Below, piece by piece: positions 40,236 to 48,818 of a stretch of 64,000 nt of DNA. This DNA comes from a virus (lineage: Duplodnaviria; Caudoviricetes): positions 36,989 through 100,988 of IMG/VR virus record IMGVR_UViG_3300047576_000104. One strand, 5' to 3'. Every line of letters begins with the position of its first letter. Within the stretch, counting starts at the first letter, position 1. A model generated the notes under the pieces. That model had not been told where the DNA came from. It saw only the letters and a program-made list of their open reading frames with translations, and ran no database searches. The translations under genes and the position numbers were made by a program.

Positions 40236-41306
40236 ATGCCAGATATTTCACTTTTGGAGCCCGTGGTCCTTAGGGGAGTAGTTGAGAAGTGGACAACTCC
40301 TGAGTCGCTGACCATGCTGAGCCGGATGGACCAGACCCCGTGGCCTTACCCGTCTGCTGTGTGGGATGTGGTCAAAGGATCGCGCATGATCGCTGTCCCC
40401 AACGTCCCGAACTCCGAGGCGCACGTTGTCTCCCGTCTCGGCCGCCAGCAGGAATCGGCTGCCTTCATCTACCTCAGGGAGAAGAAGGTCTTTCAGCCCA
40501 CCACGCTGCACTGGCTGCGCGAGGCTGGCACCCTGGCGGGCATCAACGCCGAGCGCGCGGTGCTCCGCGAGATCAACGACCTGAACATCCGCTTCGACAA
40601 CTTCGCCGAGTGGAGTGTCTGGCAAGCTTTGACCGGCTCGCTGTCCTACAACTACCCGGACGTGCAGGGCACCGTGTCCTACGGCTTCCCCGCCTCCCAC
40701 ATCATCACGCTTGCAGTACCGTGGGCCACCGGTTCGTCCAACCTCGGCACGGTTGGAGCGGAACTGGCCGGCACGGTAGGCAACTACAAGAGCCCTCTGG
40801 CCATCATCGAGGACATCCGTTCCTGGAAGCGCATCGTGCAGGTGCACGGCCGCGTTCCGGCTCGCGAGGTGTTCGCCACGCAGGTCACCATGGCGGCGCT
40901 CTTCGAGGCGTGGGCGGCAGCCACTTCCGGGGCCACCATCTCGATCATGGGCTCGATGATGAGTGACCGGATGAAGGACCAGTACTACGGCTCCGGCATC
41001 ATCGACGGCTTCATGGGTCTCACCTGGACCCAGATCGAGCAGGTCTACGAGTCAGTCACCGGCAACCTGACCTTCTACGTGCCTGACGGCGTGCTCTACA
41101 TGGGCAACTACACCGATCAGCGTCCCATGGAGATGATGATCGGCCCGTCCGCTGACGACGAGGCTGGCAACGGCTTCACCGGCAAGTTCGCGAAGACCTG
41201 GAAGGAGAAGGACCCATCGGCCCGGCAATATCTTTTGGAATGGAGCCTGTTGCCCGTCATTACCCGCCCGGAGCAGATGTTGTTCGTGACCAACGTTGTC
41301 ACCTGA
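40236..41306 (+). CDS. Major capsid protein (phage capsid E-like)
   Basis: 356 aa, strongly biased codons, position after decoration gene; WKEKDPSARQYLLEWSLLPVITRP. Confidence 0.85.
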   Translation: MPDISLLEPVVLRGVVEKWTTPESLTMLSRMDQTPWPYPSAVWDVVKGSRMIAVPNVPNSEAHVVSRLGRQQESAAFIYLREKKVFQPTTLHWLREAGTLAGINAERAVLREINDLNIRFDNFAEWSVWQALTGSLSYNYPDVQGTVSYGFPASHIITLAVPWATGSSNLGTVGAELAGTVGNYKSPLAIIEDIRSWKRIVQVHGRVPAREVFATQVTMAALFEAWAAATSGATISIMGSMMSDRMKDQYYGSGIIDGFMGLTWTQIEQVYESVTGNLTFYVPDGVLYMGNYTDQRPMEMMIGPSADDEAGNGFTGKFAKTWKEKDPSARQYLLEWSLLPVITRPEQMLFVTNVVT

Positions 41307-41321
41307 GTCCTATTCTACCAT

Positions 41322-41363
41322 AGACAGGGAACCGTTCGCAAGGGCTGTTCCCTGTCTGTCTTT
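41322..41363 (+). terminator. Intrinsic terminator after MCP
   Basis: AGACAGGGAAC...GTTCCCTGTCT + T-rich tail. Confidence 0.65.
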
Positions 41364-41380
41364 CGTGGTAGTATCTGTAT

Positions 41381-42154
41381 ATGGACAACGACAAGGTTGA
41401 CTGGAATGACCCGGAGCAGGTGCGGGCGTACAAGAACCAGAAGTCTCGCGAGTGGTATGAGCGCAACAAGGAGACTGCCCGCAAGCAGAAGCTTGCTGCG
41501 GCCAACCTCCGCAGGGCAACCGATCCGGATCATGTACGCGAGCTTGACCGACAGGCTAAAGAGAGGGCACGCCGCAGGAAGGGTGCATCGGTCAGGGTTC
41601 CGTGCCAGATAGAGGAGCATGGCAGAGAGTGCTCACGGTGCCGACAGTTCAAGGGCTGGACTGAGTTTGATCCTGATGTAGCGGGCGTGCATGGGCATCA
41701 CTCTAGATGTAAGGCATGCCGTCGAGAGTTGGCACGTAACGCAACTAGCTTGATGTCTGATGAGCAGAAGGCTCGTCGCAGTGCACGGCAGGGAGAGTAT
41801 CAGAAGACTCCGGCAGGCAAGGAGGTCTCACGCCGTACTCGTCAGAAGAGCCGGTACGGCATTACTGACGAGGATAGGGCTGTTCTGGAGGGTATGTTCA
41901 GCGGAGCCTGCCACTTCTGCCAGAACCCTGAGTCTGTCCCTCATCACGCGACAGGCGAGATTATGCGACTGGCTATTGATCATGATCACGGTTGCGATCA
42001 GGGCCATGCAGAAACTGATGCCTGCAAGTACTGCATTCGCGGACTGCTTTGCTACAACTGCAATAGGTTCCTGGGTCGGGCAGAGCGTAGTCCTCTTGCA
42101 GCCAGTCCGACCTTTGCTGATTACCTGGCTCGTCGTCCGTTGCTAGCCCGATAG
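41381..42154 (+). CDS. Endonuclease VII-family endonuclease
   Basis: RYGITDED...CHFC...LAIDHDHGC...CIRGLLCYNCN. Confidence 0.88.
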   Translation: MDNDKVDWNDPEQVRAYKNQKSREWYERNKETARKQKLAAANLRRATDPDHVRELDRQAKERARRRKGASVRVPCQIEEHGRECSRCRQFKGWTEFDPDVAGVHGHHSRCKACRRELARNATSLMSDEQKARRSARQGEYQKTPAGKEVSRRTRQKSRYGITDEDRAVLEGMFSGACHFCQNPESVPHHATGEIMRLAIDHDHGCDQGHAETDACKYCIRGLLCYNCNRFLGRAERSPLAASPTFADYLARRPLLAR

Positions 42155-42162
42155 TTACTGTT

Positions 42163-42393
42163 ATGCAGGTACTGGATACTGGCAAGCCAATCACCATCGA
42201 GCTGCTGCGCAAGGGAACAGCCAAGCCCGAGACGGTCATCGTTGCCGCTGATGACAGGATTGTCCTGGACATGGCCGGCGTGGAGTTCGAGCACCGGGCA
42301 TCCGGCCGCCGCCGGTTCATCCCCTGGCCGTCGATCGCGGAGATGTACCAGTCTTTGTTACCGGCGGTCCCCGATATATCAGGGGTAAGTTAG
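42163..42393 (+). CDS. Hypothetical late protein
   Basis: CCGATAG (42148-42154) 8 nt upstream. Confidence 0.6.
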   Translation: MQVLDTGKPITIELLRKGTAKPETVIVAADDRIVLDMAGVEFEHRASGRRRFIPWPSIAEMYQSLLPAVPDISGVS

Positions 42394-42414
42394 TTCCTCT
42401 GAAAGGGGACTGCC

Positions 42415-42615
42415 GTGAACCTGAACCGTGGCTTTTTCTCCACCCTGTTCATGCTGCTGGCGTTCGTGTTCTTTGTGTGGTTCGCGCTCATCGAAGGAGC
42501 GGTTGTCACCTCGTCCGACACGTGGCAGCTCGGCGGCGGGCTGGCGTCGATGGTCCTGTCGTTCCTGCTCGGGGACTACTGGTACAACCGTGAACACCGG
42601 TCCCTGACGGCCTGA
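42415..42615 (+). CDS. Small 2-TM membrane protein (holin candidate)
   Basis: Two hydrophobic segments; CCGATAT upstream. Confidence 0.5.
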   Translation: MNLNRGFFSTLFMLLAFVFFVWFALIEGAVVTSSDTWQLGGGLASMVLSFLLGDYWYNREHRSLTA

Positions 42616-42663
42616 GCACAGCGTCTACAGTGTAGACTGTGCTTAGCAGAAGGAGGTGGGCTG

Positions 42664-42735
42664 ATGTTTATCGGCGGAGGAGTTATCGTCTTCATTCTCG
42701 TTGTCGTGCTCATCGTCTGGCTTGTCAGGCGGTAA
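42664..42735 (+). CDS. 23-aa single-TM peptide
   Basis: AGGAGGT RBS; MFIGGGVIVFILVVVLIVWLVRR. Confidence 0.6.
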   Translation: MFIGGGVIVFILVVVLIVWLVRR

Positions 42736-42751
42736 GTAGTAGGGTGAAGGC

Positions 42752-43603
42752 ATGCCTGAAGATAATGTGGTAGATCCGCTCCAGTCACAGCCGAAGCTGA
42801 ATTCCGGCGAGGAGATCCTCCTTGAGCCAGACCCTAACCAGGTTCCGGCCAGGGCTGTGCTGGAGCGGAAGCCAGGCCAGGAGCCGAAGGTGACTCCGGT
42901 GAAGGCCACACGGCGCAAGCGCGTGACAGCTAAGGCGCGTCCGTGCTGCCCTAGAGGGCATTCGGTTACGCCAGGCATGAAGTTCTGCCCGGAGTGCGGG
43001 TCGGAGTGCGTCCAGGCAGGGCCGCTCAGGTGCCGGAATATGCACGAGGTTCCGCAGGGCGCGAAGTTCTGCCCGGCTTGCGGAGCGGAGATGGACCTTG
43101 TGCTCGTGCACACGCCGGACGGAGGCGTGGCGCAAGCTTCTTCAGTGCTGACTCCGGAAGAGCAGGTGCGCAAGGCACAGGAGCATAAGCTTGCCCTGGA
43201 GATGGGCCAGCAGAGCCCGGTGATGGCGTACGCACCAGGGCATGCTCCTCCTGGGGCACAGGTCACGCTTATCCACTTCCTCATTGACGGCTGCTCGGCG
43301 TTCGGGAACGTCTGGTACCGGGGCCAGGAGATCGAGCTATGGCCCGGTCATCCTCGCTGGCGTGAGGCGCAGCCGTGGATCACCCTGGACGTTGCAGGCC
43401 AGTATGCCCGGTGGGGCCGGCAGGTTTTCGGGTACGGCCCTTGGCCTGGCGCTCGGTCGTACACCGCAGGCGCAGGGCGGTTCGAACGGCTGAAGCAGAT
43501 CGGCGGGGAGGGTGTTGTCCCCGGTCCCTCTGAGGAGGAGCTGGCAGCGGCTGACCGCAAAGAGCAGCAGCGCGGGCGGCGGGTGCCGGCACCGATCGGC
43601 TAG
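42752..43603 (+). CDS. Double zinc-ribbon protein
   Basis: CPRGH...KFCPECG and CRNMH...KFCPACG. Confidence 0.7.
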   Translation: MPEDNVVDPLQSQPKLNSGEEILLEPDPNQVPARAVLERKPGQEPKVTPVKATRRKRVTAKARPCCPRGHSVTPGMKFCPECGSECVQAGPLRCRNMHEVPQGAKFCPACGAEMDLVLVHTPDGGVAQASSVLTPEEQVRKAQEHKLALEMGQQSPVMAYAPGHAPPGAQVTLIHFLIDGCSAFGNVWYRGQEIELWPGHPRWREAQPWITLDVAGQYARWGRQVFGYGPWPGARSYTAGAGRFERLKQIGGEGVVPGPSEEELAAADRKEQQRGRRVPAPIG

Positions 43604-43623
43604 GCGTTCCCGATATTTAAGGC

Positions 43624-44085
43624 ATGACGGAAAGTGTGCTCGCCCATGTGGCATTGCAGGGCCATCATTACGTCGTCCATTTCCCCCCGCACCCGGCTCG
43701 GGTCAGCGATCCGCATTACACTGATTTCAATGCTTACCACCGCAAGACCAGGGCGACTGCCCGGTGCTACGTCGGTGAGCGTGTAGGATTCGGTGACTGC
43801 CTGGATGAGTTCGGTGCGCCGTGCCCGCCTCCTGCCGGCGGAGGAGAGCAGCCTGGCCTTGAGCTGCATCATGCCCACATCGAGTTCTCTCTGCAAAACG
43901 GGATAAGCCTGACTGCGCTTGAGGTTGACTATCCAGGTATTTCTGATCCGGCTCAGGTTGGAGCATGGGTGGAGTCGGGAGCTAACTTCCGGTGGCTCTG
44001 CGTGTTCCATCATCGCGGAGCCGGCGGGGCCCACACTGCTACGCACAGTGACTGGGAAGCGTTCAGCAGTACGTGTTTGGCCTGA
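43624..44085 (+). CDS. Hypothetical late protein, His/Cys-rich (HNH-like fold possible)
   Basis: LELHHAHIE...NFRWLCVFHHRG; CCGATAT 7 nt upstream. Confidence 0.55.
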   Translation: MTESVLAHVALQGHHYVVHFPPHPARVSDPHYTDFNAYHRKTRATARCYVGERVGFGDCLDEFGAPCPPPAGGGEQPGLELHHAHIEFSLQNGISLTALEVDYPGISDPAQVGAWVESGANFRWLCVFHHRGAGGAHTATHSDWEAFSSTCLA

Positions 44086-44103
44086 TCACGAAGGGAGCTT
44101 GAC

Positions 44104-44721
44104 ATGTACCCGGTTCCGGCGGTCAGTGATCTGGCAGCTTTCAGCGGCCGGGATGAGTCTACGTATACCAGCTACGCCAACGCTGCTCTTCTGCAAGCTA
44201 CGATACGATTCACCTTCCTGACAGAGGTTACCGACCCGGCCTCGTTCACCGGCTACAACGCCCTGTCCGCGTCAGATCAGCAAGTGCTCGCCCTGAATGG
44301 CATCTGCGCCCTGGCAGACAGCATCTACCTTCAGTTCCCTTATCAGGGCGTGAACGCCAGCCCCCTGAACTCTGAGACAGTGGGCGCCTGGACTTATACG
44401 AAGAATCCGATGACCGGGGCCGGTGCCCGTGCCCTTCAGGCCAATGCCATGGAGCTGTCCCTGGCTTCCACAGGCGTTACGCTGTTCGACATGGCTGTTC
44501 AGCTGCTGGCCTTGCGCACCATCGCTTCCGGTGTCTTCCACGGCAGCATGGATGTGTTCAATGGAGGCGATCGGCGCGGTGTGCTTGATGAGGTCATGAT
44601 TTACGAGCACGGGGACGGCCGTCGCTCTGTCATGGGGCCGGCGGACAGGAACCTGATCGACTTCCCGTTCGGCGGCGATGTCAATGGCATGGCCTATCCT
44701 GGGGACCCTGGTGTCTTATGA
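44104..44721 (+). CDS. Putative head-tail adaptor
   Basis: Position; SETVGAWTYTK adaptor-like motif. Confidence 0.6.
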   Translation: MYPVPAVSDLAAFSGRDESTYTSYANAALLQATIRFTFLTEVTDPASFTGYNALSASDQQVLALNGICALADSIYLQFPYQGVNASPLNSETVGAWTYTKNPMTGAGARALQANAMELSLASTGVTLFDMAVQLLALRTIASGVFHGSMDVFNGGDRRGVLDEVMIYEHGDGRRSVMGPADRNLIDFPFGGDVNGMAYPGDPGVL

Positions 44722-44951
44722 TCCTCGGAACATGTATCTGGTGCGGGCACGCTCTGTGCTTCACGGAACCAGGCAGTCCGCCAGGTGACTGCCTGGTGGG
44801 AGACCTTGGGGACTTCTACCACCGTAGTGACACATGGCGGGACTTCACGCTGATCGATACGCCACTGGTGTACGGTAAGGTCTGTCCGCTCGCTCAAGGT
44901 CAGCCTGGGCAGGCTGTCGGTCAGTTCGGCATACATGAAGTGCGGGCGTAG
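44718..44951 (+). CDS. Hypothetical protein
   Basis: Coupled ORF. Confidence 0.4.
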   Translation: MILGTCIWCGHALCFTEPGSPPGDCLVGDLGDFYHRSDTWRDFTLIDTPLVYGKVCPLAQGQPGQAVGQFGIHEVRA

Positions 44952-45083
44952 TAACAGTAGAATAAGGTGTGGGCACAGAGGATAGCAGGAGGATCAGATG
45001 GTGATCGTGTGGGGTCTGTCAGGTGTCGTTGTCGGCATCTCCGTGTACATATTCGTGCGGCACCTGTTTGACAGGCTGTCAGA

Positions 45084-45268
45084 TGAGTAAGTGGCAGGTG
45101 CATATCACATGCACCAGGATTATCCGGCAGCACCCTGACTGGACTGATGAGCAGGTGCTGGCAGAGGCCAGGCTCCATGCCTTGGAGATCGATCTTGTCA
45201 GAGAGGCCCGGCGCGAGGTGGACGGCGAGATTCAGGCCAGCGAAGTGCAGTCCGAGCGGAGCTTCTGA
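45084..45268 (+). CDS. Hypothetical protein
   Basis: MSKWQVH...; coupled to next gene. Confidence 0.45.
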
Positions 45269-45480
45269 TGAGCAGGGCCCGGGTAGATGAGTCAGCTCGC
45301 ATTGTTACCGCCCTCATGTTCGGTTACGAGGCAGCAGCTATCTTCTCCGGGCACAGGCTGCCCACCATCTCGGATCTGTGCAGCAGGCACCGCTGGCTTG
45401 CCGCCGCTGCCGTTCTCGGGCTCGCTGCTCATCTGATCATGAGTGACCTTTCAGCCCAGGCAGCGATAGTAAGTGCGTGA
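45268..45480 (+). CDS. Small membrane protein
   Basis: YEAAAI...LPTISDLCSRHRW + hydrophobic segment. Confidence 0.55.
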   Translation: MSRARVDESARIVTALMFGYEAAAIFSGHRLPTISDLCSRHRWLAAAAVLGLAAHLIMSDLSAQAAIVSA

Positions 45481-45989
45481 CCTATCCTGCCCGGCCGCCG
45501 GTCCCGTCCCAGCCGTTCGCCATTTCGAGTCCGCTGCGGGTTCATTACCTGTCGCTGGTGCAGGTCGTGCGGCTGCGGAAGAAAGTCGTTCAGGGAGCTG
45601 TCACGCTCACCTGGTCAGAGCTGCCGTCTGTGATCGATCCGTTCGTTAATATTCCCGGCCAGATGATGTGCTGTCTTCAGCTCGGGTTCATTCGCCGTAC
45701 TGACATGCCCATGCCGATTACGGCCGGCGCTGCACCTCAGCGGCAGGGCATAGTGCTTTTTGACGCAGCTCTTGATCCCGATACGGGAGCCCCTTACGTT
45801 CTTGCCGGCGACCGCCTGTTCTGCATCGGCGGCCCGATCATGGGGACGTTCGAGATCAGGTCGGTGCCGCAGGCGGCGGTCAGCTTCGGCGGGGTGCATC
45901 ACATCGAAACTCTGTGCTGGGAAGTGGCAAAATCTATCGCTGCGGGCAGCCAGCAGCCGTTCCCGGGATCGGATCCGGCGGAGACCTGA
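45477..45989 (+). CDS. Putative head closure/stopper protein
   Basis: Beta-rich, LAGDRL...HHIE; GCGATAG 7 nt upstream. Confidence 0.5.
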   Translation: MTYPARPPVPSQPFAISSPLRVHYLSLVQVVRLRKKVVQGAVTLTWSELPSVIDPFVNIPGQMMCCLQLGFIRRTDMPMPITAGAAPQRQGIVLFDAALDPDTGAPYVLAGDRLFCIGGPIMGTFEIRSVPQAAVSFGGVHHIETLCWEVAKSIAAGSQQPFPGSDPAET

Positions 45990-46134
45990 TGCCGTCAGAC
46001 GGGAGCCGTCCCTGGCTAGGCTGGCTGTCTCCGCTTTATCCAGTGGTTCTGTGGCACATGCTGTTTGATGGTACCTGGTTGTGTCGATGCAAGCACAGCC
46101 AGGAGTATCGAGAGGCCCTGCGGAGGTACTCCTG

Positions 46135-46530
46135 ATGTCCTACATCCGGTTTGAAGTAGACCTGAATGGCGCGGGCGCTGAGCTAGAGCGCTTGCAGCAT
46201 CCGCCTGTCAGGGAGCTGGAGGCTGTGCTGGCAGCTACGTTCGTCAGGACCGAGGCCCGCGTGCACGTGGACACCGGGGAACTGAAGGCGAGCGGTCATC
46301 CAAGCTCTGAGTTCGCGGCTGATGTGTGGAGCGGCACCATCTCGTTCGACCGGTATCCGGGTATCTTCGAGCTGGCACGCGGTCCTCACCCGACGCCTCA
46401 TCAGGGCGGACCTGGCAGCCATTTCTTCATGGACAGCACGCAAGCTCCAGGATACGGGGATTACGACGTTGAACACGGAGATGCTTACAGGATGTATTCG
46501 CAGGTCATCGAAGACTTCTTGATGGGCTGA
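46135..46530 (+). CDS. Putative neck protein (HK97 gp10-like)
   Basis: VHVDTGELKASG motif. Confidence 0.6.
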   Translation: MSYIRFEVDLNGAGAELERLQHPPVRELEAVLAATFVRTEARVHVDTGELKASGHPSSEFAADVWSGTISFDRYPGIFELARGPHPTPHQGGPGSHFFMDSTQAPGYGDYDVEHGDAYRMYSQVIEDFLMG

Positions 46531-46550
46531 CGACGTGCTAGTCTTTGAAT

Positions 46551-47087
46551 ATGAAAGAAGTAGTGATCGGCGAGCGGTACGAGATGCTGGTCATGCTAGG
46601 TGAAGTTGAGCGCGTGCAAGATGCCGCTGGCCGGTCTTGGCGGATGGTGGCTGTGCGGTGTGATTGCGGCACGGAGAAGGCGATTCGGTTTGCTAACTGG
46701 CAGCAGAAGACTATCTCGTGCGGTTGTTTTAAGCGCGAGTCGATGCGGGAAATTGCACGGGAGCGGTTCTCTCTCCAGGACGGGCTGGCTGTTGCAAATC
46801 GTATGATTTACGGGATGTGGGGCCGCATGTTGTCTCGCTGTGAGAGCCCTGCTGACAAGTCCTACTGCAACTACGGCGCTCGCGGTATCAAGGTATGTGA
46901 GAGCTGGCATGACTTCAAGGTGTTCCTTGCTGACATCCAGCAGGAGCTAGGTCCGCGCCCGGCACGGTATGTGTTTGACAGGACTAACAACGACGGCAAC
47001 TACGAGCCGGGTAACGTCGGGTGGGTATCTCATCATGAGTCGAACATGAACCGGCGGCCTAGAGAGCGGTGGGGTGAGCATACCTGA
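46551..47087 (+). CDS. HNH homing endonuclease
   Basis: RCDCG...SCGC...YGARGIKVCESW...DRTNNDGNYEPGNV. Confidence 0.85.
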   Translation: MKEVVIGERYEMLVMLGEVERVQDAAGRSWRMVAVRCDCGTEKAIRFANWQQKTISCGCFKRESMREIARERFSLQDGLAVANRMIYGMWGRMLSRCESPADKSYCNYGARGIKVCESWHDFKVFLADIQQELGPRPARYVFDRTNNDGNYEPGNVGWVSHHESNMNRRPRERWGEHT

Positions 47088-47290
47088 TGTGCACGGTCAT
47101 CTGGAATGGTGAAGAGTATCCGGTGGAAGGCTTGACTGCCCGCAGGGTGCTGGACAGGTTTCTCATGGACCACCAGGGGCTTGGAAGGCAGCAGCTGCGC
47201 CTGTTCTCTGCCGGCGGGATCGAGCTAGACCCGCAAGATAGCGTCTGGGACGACGATGAACTGATCCTGCGTCCGAGGGTGATTCACTGA
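47087..47290 (+). CDS. Ubiquitin-like (beta-grasp) small protein candidate
   Basis: QQLRLFSAGGIELD...ELILRPRVIH pattern. Confidence 0.45.
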   Translation: MCTVIWNGEEYPVEGLTARRVLDRFLMDHQGLGRQQLRLFSAGGIELDPQDSVWDDDELILRPRVIH

Positions 47291-47425
47291 TGCCTGAGGC
47301 TGAGTTGCACTACTTCGTCGCTATCGAGGGCGAGGAAGAGCGGGAAATCACTCGGCTGGAGTGGCTTAAGTTCTGGCTTCCTCCTACGGATACTCGCGAG
47401 TGGCAGCTTTCTGCACGGAGGTCAG

Positions 47426-47671
47426 ATGCCTGATAGGCCATCCATCCTCGGAATGTCGTTGGATGTTGAGGATGATGATGAGATCGTCACCTGCCAGCCG
47501 GTAGTCGGGTTCGTTGTCGTCAAGGCCCTGGATGGGGAAGGCAAGATCGTGTACCTCGCTGCGGCTACGGAGGGTCTGAAGTCCGTGGAGTGCCTGGGCA
47601 TGGCCAGGTTCGCGGTACTTAAGCTGGAGCACGGGCTGACGCAGGCCATGGAGGAGGAAGACGATGCCTGA
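47426..47671 (+). CDS. Hypothetical protein
   Basis: GGAGGT RBS. Confidence 0.55.
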   Translation: MPDRPSILGMSLDVEDDDEIVTCQPVVGFVVVKALDGEGKIVYLAAATEGLKSVECLGMARFAVLKLEHGLTQAMEEEDDA

Positions 47672-48125
47672 CGACGTTGGAAGCGGCAGCTACTGGTACG
47701 TAAGCTCTTTGCCTGATGTACTGGCACTTGTTGGTTCGTTTCCTGCGGACGATCCAGACAATGCAGGCATCCCGTGGGTGTTCACAAGGAATCTTTATAC
47801 CAGGATGGAAGCGCAGTCGATCGTCAAGGGCAGCCAGGCGGTTGCGCTCGTGTGCATCAACGCCGGCCAGAGTTCGTCCCCGCTGGACTACAGCACCGTG
47901 CGGTGGCAGCGCCTGGAGATCGATTTGTGGATCGACCCGCTGCGTGATCAGTACGGCAACATCACCTCGCCGTCAGAGACCGAGGGGCGTGGCGATGACG
48001 TGTTCAAGGCTCTCGACAGTCACCTGCACCGGGCATCGTCAGGTGATAAAACTGAAGTTTGGGGCGATTTGATTACTGTTAACAGCATCCGGATGACTGC
48101 CCCTGACGTGGTATCCTGTTCCTAG
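47664..48125 (+). CDS. Putative tail terminator (C-terminus probably frameshifted)
   Basis: Position; RLEIDLWIDP...LDSHLH. Confidence 0.5.
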   Translation: MPDDVGSGSYWYVSSLPDVLALVGSFPADDPDNAGIPWVFTRNLYTRMEAQSIVKGSQAVALVCINAGQSSSPLDYSTVRWQRLEIDLWIDPLRDQYGNITSPSETEGRGDDVFKALDSHLHRASSGDKTEVWGDLITVNSIRMTAPDVVSCS

Positions 48126-48247
48126 CGGAGATGGTCTGATCCGTGGCGTCTGCTTCTATGACGTCGGTACATTCGGTAATGTGGATGTTACTGTTAGTGT
48201 TGGTGACACAGACACAGGTTCGGGCGCAGACACTAGTACTTGAGGGC

Positions 48248-48805
48248 ATGGCTATGGAACGTTGGCTGCCAGTGGTGGGGTATGAAGGCCTATATGAGGT
48301 TTCCGATCGCGGGCAGGTTCGGTCGTTGGATCGTACTGAGGAGTACGTCGGTCGATGGGGCCATTCAGTTATACGACAGCGACGTGCCCGTATGATGCGT
48401 ATCAGCTTCGATGCTAAGGGATATCACAAGGTAACTTTTTGCCAGGATGGGAAAGAGGAGACCTGTAGGGTAAGTAGATTGGTGTTGACGGCGTTTGATC
48501 AACCTTGCCCTCCTGAAATGGAAGCGTGTCATGGTACGCTCGGTAAGCTGATTGATTGGTGGCCTGAGAATATCTATTGGGGAACCAAAGAGACAAACAG
48601 TGGGGCAGATAAGCGTCGTGATGGTACTGATAATGGAGGCAGTCGTAATAGTCAGGCAAGATTGACGGAGGATGAAGTTCGTGAGATCCGCAGGCGTTAC
48701 ATTGCGGGAGGAGTAACTCAGTTGGAGCTGGCTTATGCGGCTGGTGTTAGTGAACCTGCTATATGGAAGATTGTGACTTACAGGACATGGAAGCATGTCC
48801 AATAG
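48248..48805 (+). CDS. NUMOD4-HNH homing endonuclease
   Basis: ERWLPVVGYEGLYEVSDRGQVRSLDR; RLVLTAF...EACH...WGTKETN; C-terminal HTH. Confidence 0.88.
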   Translation: MAMERWLPVVGYEGLYEVSDRGQVRSLDRTEEYVGRWGHSVIRQRRARMMRISFDAKGYHKVTFCQDGKEETCRVSRLVLTAFDQPCPPEMEACHGTLGKLIDWWPENIYWGTKETNSGADKRRDGTDNGGSRNSQARLTEDEVREIRRRYIAGGVTQLELAYAAGVSEPAIWKIVTYRTWKHVQ

Positions 48806-48818
48806 GAGGTGGGTTAAT

